In this document: one piece after another, positions 37,045 through 48,100 of the stretch | How positions within the stretch are numbered: the stretch's first letter is position 1 | How the letters are laid out: the number at the start of each line of letters is the position of its first letter | NCBI GenBank assembly: GCA_964252035.1 | Contig: OZ176213.1 | DNA length: 64,000 nucleotides | Origin: Podarcis erhardii | Lineage: Eukaryota | Direction: 5' to 3' (one strand) | Position numbers and translations under genes: made by a program | Notes under the pieces: generated by a model | What the model was told of the DNA's origin: nothing | Database searches by the model: none | What the model saw: the letters and a program-made list of their open reading frames with translations, nothing else

Positions 37045-38563
37045 ACTTAAAATCAGGGCTAATCTGTTTCTTATTTCTGCATTGTGGTAGCTCCTGGCAA
37101 GGAGGTGCAATGGAACAAATGTTACTATCGACTGGAATAGCTGTGTTCTGGGGAAAGCAGTCATCTGCCAGAATCTGCCTGTCGCTTGGTGCCACAAGCA
37201 AAGCCCTGACATTCTGCAGCAGGAGCTGGCAGGAGCCTTCAAATGACTCGTGCTTTGTTGATGGTGTGTGTGAATTGTGAATATTCAGTCTTACGTACTT
37301 TTCAGTCTACCTACACTTTCCCTTTTTCTCTGTATCCACCAGCCTCATTTTATCCCAGGTTGCAAACTCTCCAAACCTTTCATGCACTTCTAGCGCAAGA
37401 GCTGCTTCTGCCTGAGCAGCTTGTTTTGAGAGGCTCACTGTTTGAATCAATCCTGGCGCTTTGGGGAAGAGCCATAGCTCAGTGACAAAACAGATGCCTT
37501 GCGTGCAGACGGTCCCCTGGTTCCATCCCCAGTAACATCTCTGGGTAAGGCTGGGAAGGTCCTCTTTGGAGACATTACTGAGCTAGATTAACCCTATGGT
37601 CTTGACTCTGTTTGAATGCAGCTTCCTAGATTCCCTTGATTTGCAGGTGGGGAAGAGAAGATTGCTGGCCAGTCTCTCATCATCCTTGGAAAAACCTGAT
37701 TTAAATACTAGCAGCCAAACATTGTCTGGTGCTTGCTAATATTCTAGTGTGTAGTTTTTTGTTAAGCTGAAAACACTTGATTTCTTGCCTGCTCAGAGTC
37801 CGTGCTTTGATTTTGTTCTCCCCCACTCTGAGACATTGGTGCTAAAGATTCGAAATTAGCTTGACCACAACCATGCCCTTAAAAGCCTTATATGCATTTT
37901 TATTTGCCTTATGCTTTCAGTTCTAATAAGCTGGGGCTAGAAGTCTCTGCAAACTAAATACCAACTGATATTAAAGAAGGAACCTGAAAGTCTTTTGTTT
38001 CTATGCTATCCCATTAAATCTGTATCTGAAAAGATTCCCTGTTCCTTGCTCATCCACGTAGCCTGCAGAGCAGCAGTGGGTACTTCATCCCTTTTGCAAA
38101 TATATATTTCTGTTTTGTTCTTGTTGGCATAGACTCAGATTGGGGAAGTGGGTTATAAATCCCGCAGATGTTCTGTGGACTCAGCACAAGGAACCATGAG
38201 GTAGTGTCACTTAAGCCAAAATGATGGGTTTCCCCGGGGGGGGGGGATAGGTGAAAACTGTATTGAGCCCCCAAGGTATTTGTTCCAGACTCCTATACCT
38301 GAGAGAGGAGAAACTGGAGCAAGAGTTACGCAGAAGTCCTTCTGTTCATTCAGCCACTAATTATCAGTTCCATTCGCAGGCTGTGCAGTGTATGGCAAAC
38401 TGATAAACTGGGTGGCGCCCCTGGACCTACAGGGCGTGGAAAAACAACCACAGATGCCACTGAGCACACTTGCCCAAGTATGTTGTATTTGGGTTGGTCA
38501 GCCATTATTATGGTCAATAGGTCAAAGTAGAAGCCATTACAAATTCAGATAAAATTTGCTATA

Positions 38564-38804
38564 CAGTGGTACCTCGGTTTACGAACTTAATCCGTTCCGG
38601 AAGTCCGTTCTTAAACCAAAACCGTTCTTAAACCAAGGCATGCTTTCCCTAATGAGGCCTCCCGCCGCTGGTGCCCTTCTACCGTTCGGCTTCCATTCTT
38701 AGACCAAGGTAAAGTTCGCAAACCGGGACACTACTTCCGGTTTTGCGCCGTTCTTAAACTGAATCGTTTGTAAACAGGGCTGTTCTTAAACCGAGGTACC
38801 ACTG
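38564..38804. mobile_element. Tigger-like MITE (family B)
   Basis: TA-CAGTGGTACCTCGGTTTA...TAAACCGAGGTACCACTG-TA. Confidence 0.88.
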
Positions 38805-39721
38805 TATAGAAGAAGAAAATACAGCAGTGGTACCAGGGCATGAGGGAACATAAATACCCCCCAAAAAGGTTGTTTATTGCCCTGAAGCAGGGTATATGCT
38901 GTGCTGTGCCCCCTCTTTTTAGCAATCCCCCCCAACTTGCTTGCTTTGGATAATTCTTCTGTTTTCAGTTGATGAGTGAGAAATAACTGCAGTATCATTT
39001 TGAGGGGGAAAGGCCTATCCCTTGGAGCAGAGATGGAGAGTCTTTGGTCCTCCAGATATAACCGGACTCAACTCTTGTCAGTCTGAGCCAAGCATGGCCA
39101 ATGGTGTGACCTCTGGAGAGCCACCAGTTTTCTTTAACAGAAAGACAAAATGCAGGGAGGGAAAGGGAGAACACTGGCATTGTTATTGGCCCATGATAAA
39201 TAACTTTGCCCATGATAAATTGATGTCTTTAGGGGGCTGAAACACTCCTTGTTTTGTAACTGGCAGTGACACTCCAAGGTCTTGCCAGAGAGAAGCATTT
39301 CCTATTGCTCTGTCATCTAATCTGGAGATGCCAAGGCCAGCTTGGGGAGAGGGGTCTCCTCCACCATATAAATATCATTGTTGACTTTATAACTAGTCTA
39401 TACCATTGGCTCTTGTAGTAAATATTTAAAAGAGGGGAAGTTAAAGCAATCCAACTGCTGAGTAACTTCTTATCTGTGAAATGCCTGAGTATTCAACTGG
39501 AAGTCTATAATACATCCCCAATCTTGAGAGAAGATAACAAAGATTAAGGCTAGCTCATTTCAAGTGCCAGGAATCTGAATCACACACTGGCAAGCAACTA
39601 GGGGCTCATTCATGCTGTTGCTTAGCATGGCTAAGTAAGCTTTCTGTCATTCCATTAATTATCCACGGTCCATACTATATTCTCTCCAGATTGCGGCTTC
39701 CCTGCACTTTCCCCTCCCTCT

Positions 39722-40050
39722 GGCCATTATTATTACTATTATTATTATTTATTTGTATACTGTGCTATAGCTGCAGATCTCAGGGCAGTTGCGACATAAA
39801 ATCACAATATTAAAACCACAAAATAGACAATAAAAACAAAAACAACCCAATAACCCTCCCCTCCCCAACACATTTTAAAAGAGAATTGGATGTCAACCAA
39901 CCAAAGAACTGGTTAAAGAGGAACTTTTTCCCAGATGAAAAGAGTTTAATGAAGGCGCCAGGCAAATCTCCCTGGGGGGAGAGCATTCCTCAAAGGGAAA
40001 GCCATTGCAGAAAAGGCCCATTCTCAAGTTGTCACCCTCCAGATCTCTCC
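39722..40050 (-). mobile_element. L2 LINE 3' end
   Basis: (ATT)n tail at the left and a degenerate L2 3' body. Confidence 0.55.
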
Positions 40051-40307
40051 TGGAGGAAGAAATATAATAATCTTTTAATACCCCCCCCATTTTTTTCTAA
40101 TATTTCTAGATCATTTAATAAGTTCTCATTTAATCTCCATCTCGTTGGGAAATTTTGCCCTGTTCTTAATTCCACAATAATAGAGTTGTGATCTGATAAC
40201 GTTCCGGGTAAAAATTCTACCTTCTTTATCTTAATGTACAAATCTCTAGAAAGCCATACAGAGTCCATTCCGCTCGCAGAATGATCCGCGCTAGCATAAA
40301 ATGTGAA
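40047..40307 (-). mobile_element. L1/Tx1-clade ORF2 endonuclease fragment, stop-free
   Basis: FTFYASADHSASGMDSVWLSRDL..KKVEFLPGTLSDHNSIIVEL..RWRLNENLL matches the C-terminal APE-endonuclease motifs (TF.S..H...SRID, SDH, WRLN..LL). Confidence 0.8.
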
Positions 40308-40399
40308 TGGTGGAGGAAGAAAAGGGAGCGGGTAAGAGGAAAGTCGGATAGAGGAAAGTTTGGGAAGGAGGAGGGGAGCGGACAACAAGAGAGAAGTTT

Positions 40400-41060
40400 G
40401 CTCTCCACTTTACGCGCAGCGCGCACGAGCCCTCCGAAGCGGCGGCGCTTAGGAACTGCGCGGCTGGAGCGCGCAAAGGCGGCGGGACCCGACGGGGCGG
40501 ATCTCCTCCGCAGAGGGCGGAGCGGTTTCAACAAGCTCTGAATGAGTCCGCGGGGGCGGCTAGTCTCGGCTCCGAGGAGGCGGCATGCAGCTGCAGGTCG
40601 CGGTGCCCTCGGTGGGGTTGCAGCTGTCCGAGGGCGACCAGAGCCCGGAGAAGGCGCGCACGGTGAGTGGCGGCGGCGGCAGCCCGTCGGGTTTCTCCCG
40701 GAGCGGGGCTTGGGCTCTTTTGCAGCCGCGGGGCCGGGAGGGAGAGCCCGTCCGCCGGTGCCTCTGGCGGGCTGGAGGGGAGAGCGGCTTCCAAGGCAGC
40801 GGGTGCCCCGTCGGGGCTCGAGGCCAGCCTGCAAGCGCCTTTGGCAGGGAGAAAGGGGGCGCTGAACTTGCTGGTGGGGCTTTGCAGAGGCCGGGCGAGC
40901 GAGGGAGGGGGTCCTTTGCGGCGTCCACCAAGGGAAATGAAGGAAGGAGCCCGACACGTGTAGCCTGGGGACCCTTCAGAAGTGAGGAGGAGCGCGAACA
41001 GTCTGCTTCTGGCGTCTCCAAGGGACGCGAGACGCGATTGTAATTCTTCCAACACCGCCG
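40400..41060 (+). promoter_or_regulatory. SNX22: SNX22 CpG island / promoter
   Basis: CpG-rich tract spanning exon 1, with GGGGCGG boxes (e.g. 40494-40500). Confidence 0.7.
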
Positions 41061-41488
41061 CCTTTTTGAGTCTGGTGAAAAAGAAGAAAGCTGGAAGAAG
41101 AGACGCTTGGAGGAAGGACGGACCTCGAGACTCCCTTTAGCGATTGAATGACTCGAGTCTGTGTCCTGTGTCCTCCAACAAGCGCGCACCCCACCGCTCA
41201 GAAGGGGGGGGGGGTATTACAGCCTCTGTAGACCAGAGAGGTGGGATATGGCAGGTATAGATAAAAAGAAAAATGTTAGCAGTGAGGGCGGAGAAGAATG
41301 AAATATAGACCCTGATAATTGTGCCTAAGGTTAAAAGTGTCCCAAACAAGTACAGTGCCCCCATCACATGGCAGAGTTGGTGAGACCACCAGCCTCCTGG
41401 CAGAGCCGTAGCTATGGAGCGGGGGGGGGGGCAGCCAGGTTTTTTGCCCCAGGTGAAGCCTCCAGCAGGGCGCTATTGAGGCTCCCAG

Positions 41489-41522
<34 letters not shown>

Positions 41523-44500
41523 AAATGCACATGAGGGAGCATGAAATTGGGTCTTTGACCTGGGTGAAATAAAGCCTAGTTTTGCCTCTGCCTCCTGGCA
41601 CTGATGAGCTAATGAACAACTGCAGTGCGATTTAAAAAAAAACACCTTATCTCAATTCAAGGCCACAGGTGATAGAACCAAACTTCAAAATACTTCCTTC
41701 TCTGGGAAGAAAGTGCACACTATGGAAAGCACTTGATTAAATATATCCTCCTTGTTTCACTGTTTAAGCGGAGTTCCCATTGGCATCATCAGGCAGCAGT
41801 TTCTTATAAGATGGGAATCCTGTCACATACACAAACACACACCAGAAGTTGTTTGACTACAATTCCCATCATCGCTGATGCGGACCATGCTGGCTGGGCC
41901 TGATGGAGTCAGTCTCACAACGTCTAGATGGCAACAGGTTCCGTGTTCCCCAAGAAGGCTTCCAAAAATGGGGTAGCTGGAAACACATTCATTCCATGAC
42001 GTTTCTCAGTGTCTCTGTTCTGTTAAAAGATAAGAGCTGGCATGGGAAGCCTGTCGGCCTCTAGATAATTATGGAGTCCATCAATATCTGGAGAACCAGC
42101 CGTTTCCTACCCCTGACTTAAAGTAATGTTTATGCTGCTTTAAAGTATACCGGTTGAGACAATAATACACAGAATACGGGAATAATGTGTTTTATTAAAA
42201 TGATGCATATTGTTCCAGTAACCTGCCCCCCCCCATGTTTGGGGGGAGGGAACAGCCACTCCTCACACTGTTGCCACAATAACACACACACAAACACATA
42301 CCTACCCTGTAGGATTGGGCAGAATGGCAGTTGTCGTGCCTCTGCTCCTTGCAGAACCAGAAGAAACTAGGAGGTTGCTAAGATCTGTAAGGCAAGATCT
42401 ATTTCACTCACATCCACACACTTTTTTAAAAATCCTTCCGGCCACAAGGAGCCAGAAGGCACAGAGTAACTGCCACCAGTACATTTTGGCACCTGAGGCA
42501 GACCCCAAAATTGCACCTCCCCTCCTCACCAGGAAAGAAAACCTACATCCAGAACCTACACCCTCCCCACCAGGAAAGAAAACCTACATCCAGAACAAGG
42601 GGGGGGGGGGCAGAGGAAAATTGGCACTGGGATCTACTGCCCCAGTGGATCCCTTTGCCTGAGTCAGTCACCTCATCTTGCCGCATGGGTGGGCCAGCCT
42701 TGAGTGCAGTACTTAGAGATGACAGATTCTCATGTGGCACCACTGTAGGTCATTCTGGGGTACTGGGGGTGGGAAACTAGTTAACCCGAGAGTGGGGTGG
42801 GAGTCGGTATGGGGTAGTGGTTAGAGCATCGGATTAGGACTTGGGAGATCGGGGTTCACATCCCAACTCGACCACGGAGCTCACAAGACAACCTTGAGCC
42901 GGTCACAGTCTCTCCATCTGAAATACCTCACAGGGTGGTTTAAAAATGAAGAGACAGGAGAACCATATACAGTGGTACCTTGGGTTACAGACACTTCAGG
43001 TTACAGACTCCGCTAACCCAGAAATAGTACCTCGGGTTAAGAACTTTGCTTCAGGATGAGAACAGAAATCGTGCAGCAGCAGCAGGAGGCCCCATTAGCA
43101 AAGGTGGTGCTTCAGGTTAAGAACAGTTTCAGGTTAAGAATGGACGTCCAGAACGAATTACGGTAAGTTCTTAACCCGAGGTACCACTATACACCACTTT
43201 GAGCTCCTTAGAGGAAAGGTGGGGGCATACATCTAATAATCAGGGCCGTCCCTCCCACAAAGCAAGGTGAGGCGACTTCCTTTGGTGGCAGGATCCACAA
43301 GTGCAGCAGAACCCAGTAGAGATCTTTATTCCCCACTCCTTCATGATGTAGATCTTCACTCACCCCTTCTTTCCTGGTGGGGAGGCATGCCTCGGGTGCT
43401 AAAAGGTCTTGGGATGGTCCTGGTAATAATACATAAATAAACTCTATTGTGTGGCTATAGAATGACTTGGGCCTTTGGATTCCTCTAGGCCAGTATGATA
43501 GACTTTGACTGGCAGCAGAGTTTTTTCCAGCGTCTTGGACAGAGGTGATCCCTTGCCCTAAAATATGAGATCCTTTTAAACTGGAGGCAGAAGAAGAGCC
43601 TGTTGGATCAATTCAATGGCCCATCTAGTTCAGCATACTGTTTTCGCATGAACTGGACTAATCCTCTTTTAAAACCATCCAAATTGTTGCCCATCACTGC
43701 CTCCTGTGGCAATGAGTTCCATGGTCTAACTGTGCATTGCATGAATAAGTCCTTTCTTCTTCTTTTGCCAATTAATTTTTATTAACATTCTAATTTGTTA
43801 ACAAATTAACAACAAATTAATTCAATTTAAAAGTTGAGTTTCCACCCCACCCTTCCAAGATGCTTCTTTCCCCTCCCTCCTTTGTTGCTAACAATAAAAC
43901 ACTTTATCTTAATTTTGCATCCTTTTGCATCCATTCTCTATTTCCATTGACTGTTTATGTTCAATTCCTGCTTAGGCCTTTATTTACTCTTTTGCCAGCT
44001 AATCGAATAGAGTTAATCTTTTATCAAGCCATGTAAATCATTCATCATAATTTTAAATCACCTGTCCTCCAATACGACTTATTTATCATGGCTTTATTTT
44101 ATCCATCCTGAATCTTCCAACATTCAGCTTCACTTGAATGCCCATGAGTTCTAGGGTCTAGAGATGTGAAGGTTTCAACCTGGGAGTTTCTGTGTCCCAA
44201 AGCATGTGCTATGGGAAATCTGAGAAGCCCACATAGATCAGATTTCTGTCGTGCATCTAGCAGTGCTAATGCCAAGAAGCCCAAGCCAAATTAAGAGCAG
44301 ACACTTAAGACAGGATTCTGGTAAATTGGGACATCAGCTGTGGAATAACCAGCCTTGTTTTCATGGAGGGAAGTGAACTTAGAGTGGCCTGTCTCCAGCG
44401 CACATTGAGCGAAGCATAAACATCAGGCATGGCATCTCTTGGGCACAGAGTTTCCCGGTTTCCTTATTGGTTGGCAATTCTCTCTGTTTAGTTAAGCTGG

Positions 44501-45140
44501 GTGTGGTGACCGTGGTTCTGTATTCCAGCTGGAAGGAGCTTACTTTGCTTGTGCCTTTATGGGGAAACTATGATTGGAACATAAAATGCCTTATGTGGCA
44601 GGATATTTTTGGCCCTAGGAACCTAAGAAACCACCTACCAGCCATTGGTCCTTCCAGCTCAGGCAGCAACTGTCCGAGTCAGAGGTCTCTTCTAGCCCTA
44701 CGGAGAGATGCTACGTGGAACTGAACATGGGGGGAGCTGAACATGTCGGATTCTATCACTCAGCCATGACTTTTCACTAATGAATCTGATTTTTTCCTTT
44801 TTAAAAAGCAAGCTTCTAGACCTCATGGGAAGCAATGATAGGCTGGAAGGCACGTGATCGGGACCTCGTGTAATTTCAGGAAGCAGAGGAGGAGTGATGC
44901 AGCGATCCCACTGGCCAGAGGGTTAGACTTCAGTGCCCTGCATCGCTTCTTCCCTCCCCAACCCTATTCCACAGTTGTGGGAAGGAAAGAGAATAAAGGA
45001 TATGCATGCATATTGGTTTAAAGTAGATCACAATATGATTTTTTAGTTGCCAAGTGCTCCCACTGCTGGCACAGCAGGGCTCTTGTATGTGTGCCTAGAT
45101 GAGGAAGAGAAAGCAGCGTATACTAAAAATAGCAGTGTGT

Positions 45141-45171
<31 letters not shown>

Positions 45172-48100
45172 ACCTGCTACTGTCACTACACAAACCTTCT
45201 GTGAGTAGACTGATTTTGACATTCTGGGGGTGCTCCAATTCTATTTTTTATCCTTGTCTTTTCCTCATTTCATTTTAAATTCATATACCATCTTTTTCCA
45301 TTGCTGACCCCAAGACAGTTTGCAGCCCAAGGTGAGGATTGTAGCATGTGCTTCCTCCCCCCCCCAAAAAAATATTTGGATCTATGTGCAGAGGAGAGTC
45401 TGTTGCTGCAGCTGCAATTCGTGGTGACCAGAAGTGAGTGTTGGATGTGTGAATAGTTGCTTCAGCTGGGTAAACTGAGGCCTGGGCCCAGGGACTTTGG
45501 TTTGTTTCCCCCCCAAGGAGCTGGCCCGTTTGGTCTCCTTTTCTCTCTCCTGAACAACTAAGTACACAAAACCTGTGTGGCACCTCTGCTACATCTACTG
45601 GAGCATCTGGGCACAAACCCTTCAAGAGGAGATATGAGCTGCATTGCAATCTGTGCTTTACTGGAGTTGTCCGAAGTGTATTCACCGCACTTCAACTGCA
45701 CACATTCCTCAGGCCCGACACAAAGTCTTCTGCTGGGTGTTCTTTTATGCAGAGCCGAGTTTATTCAGTATCCCTGCCCCTGCCCCCCTGCTCCCATTTG
45801 GCACTTTTGAGAAGCGAAGCCAAAGGCTGATTTCAAAGAGGCTTTTGTCAAGCAGTGTTTGCTTTGGGGAGAGACTGGACTGCGGTGCATTGTGGGGGAA
45901 GAAAGCAAGATGACCGCCCTGCTATTGCAGAGAGTTAAGACAGATCTCATCTGTTCAGCAGCAGCAGAGCTGTTTTGTGGTGTGGGTGGGGCATGTCCGG
46001 GTGAAACTGACGAGCTTGTGCCTAACCTTTCAGGTGTTCAAGGTGGAAATCCTGTGGAACGGGAGGAAACATTGCATTGAGAAGCGCTACAGCGAGTTCC
46101 ATGCCCTCCATAAAAGGGTAAGGTGGGTGCATGAGAGTCGGGGGGGGTGGCGAGCTTGTGGCCCTGCTGGGTGTCATTGGGCTACAAATCCCATCATCCT
46201 CGACAACTGCCCATGCCGGCTGGGACTGATGGGTGTTGGAGTCCCACCCACTAAAGAAGAATGGAGAAGTAAGGGGATGGATTGTGCAGAACTGGCAAAG
46301 TACGTTACGCTAAAATAAGTAAACAAGGTTTTATGGAAGACTGCAAACCCTTTTCGGATTACAGTGGTACCTCTGGTTATGTACTTAATTCATTCCAGAG
46401 GTCCATTCTTTACCTGAAACTGTTCTTAACCTGAAGCACCACTTTAGCTAATGGGGCCTCCTGCTGCTGCCGCGCCGCCGGAGCACGATTTCTGTTCTCA
46501 TCCTGAAGCAAAGTTCTTAACCCGAGGTACTATTTCTGGGCTAGCGGAGTCTGTAACCTGAAGCATCTGTAACCCGAGGTACCACTGTACTTAACCTGAG
46601 GTACCACTGTTTATGTAACTGTGAACCTGAAATACAGCTTAGGTTTTCGGTTTCCTGGAGTGTCACATGAAATTTTGCTGCTTTGGGCATATGTCTCTGC
46701 TCAAGGGAAGTTCAAGAGCCCTCGGCTTCCATGTTGTGTCTGTTTGTTTTTGGAGGGGCAATGGAGGAGTTGAAGAAGGGCGGCCCCATATTACTGCCTA
46801 TGGCCATAGACACTGCACACACCACACATTTAAAGCACACGCACCCTAAAAAGAATCCTGGGAACTGTAGTTCTGTAGAACTGTATACTGTAGTTCTGTA
46901 GAACTGTATACGGTTAGATACACGGTTTTCCCAGCCATAGTATCTGTGAGCAAGATTAGAGGGGAATGTAGAAAGGGAAGCCCTGTTTGACTGTTGCTTT
47001 CAACAGTGTGTGGCAGGAAATTTCCCACTGCTATCTCTCTTTTTTAAGTTAATTTAGGCACTGTTCATTGGGTGTGCTAATGCAAGGAAAGTCTTGCTCA
47101 ATCACCATGTCTTCCTTGCAAGTGTTCTGATGAAAATAACATGCAAATAAATCTTTGAATTTGCTTGAGTACCATATTTGTGCCATCTTGAGGATGCTCT
47201 GCTGAATTCTCTCCCTCCCCCGCCAGTCAATACCTCAGTCCAAATGCTTTTAGGGTGGGTGTGGAGGGAGACTTTATATATATATATATAAAGTAAAATG
47301 AATGCAGTGTGGTTTTTTGCTTACTGAGTATGGGTCAAATAAACATGCCAGATCATATACCCATGGGTTTTGGGCAGTGGCAGCAAACTGGTACCCCTAA
47401 ATGTTTTTGGATTCCAGATGTTGTTGGACTTTCAGGCCAGCAACATCTGGAGGGCAGGCACCATGTTTCAAATGCCTGCCCTTGCTTTCGGGGCAATGGA
47501 TTTTTCCTCCTGGGCATTGGATAATTCTATATTCCATATTTTCTGTAAAGCCCACATTGCAGGTCTTGACCGAAGACTTCCAGACTTCCAGTTGGGGCTG
47601 ACCCAGACTGCTTGCTACCTTGACGCAGAGGACAAGATGGTTCTCCCTCTATCCATGCCCTGTTAGGGTGGGGGACTGTTTGGGCCCCAACAGGCCAGAT
47701 CCTTACCTCCCCAAAACCCACTGCCCAACTTGGACAGGTGTGCAATCCACCCATCTGTCAGAGCTGACCCATGTGGGAAAGGATCCGCTTTGCCAACGCA
47801 TTTCCTGCAGGAAATGCACTGGCAAAGCACTGCCTGGAAGGATTGAGTTCTACTCACCAGCCGATGAACAGAGGGTTCGATCCTGCTCTCTGCTTAGGTC
47901 TGCTTCGCCGGCATGTTCCCAACAGGGAACAAAATGACCAAGCGGTACCCAGCAGGATTGCTATCGCCCAGTGACGTTAGCTGATTGGCAGATGGGCATG
48001 GTTTGGGGAAGCAGTTTTGTGGGCTGAATTTGACCCCTGGTGGGACAAGATTGCCCCACAGGCCATAAGTTTCCAACACCCGATGCACAGAAATGGACCC

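Noticed and set aside
40226-41189. 150-243-aa ORFs on both strands over the SNX22 island
   Set aside because: Low-complexity R/P/A/G products of high GC; only SNX22 exon 1 and the L1 fragment are recognisable.
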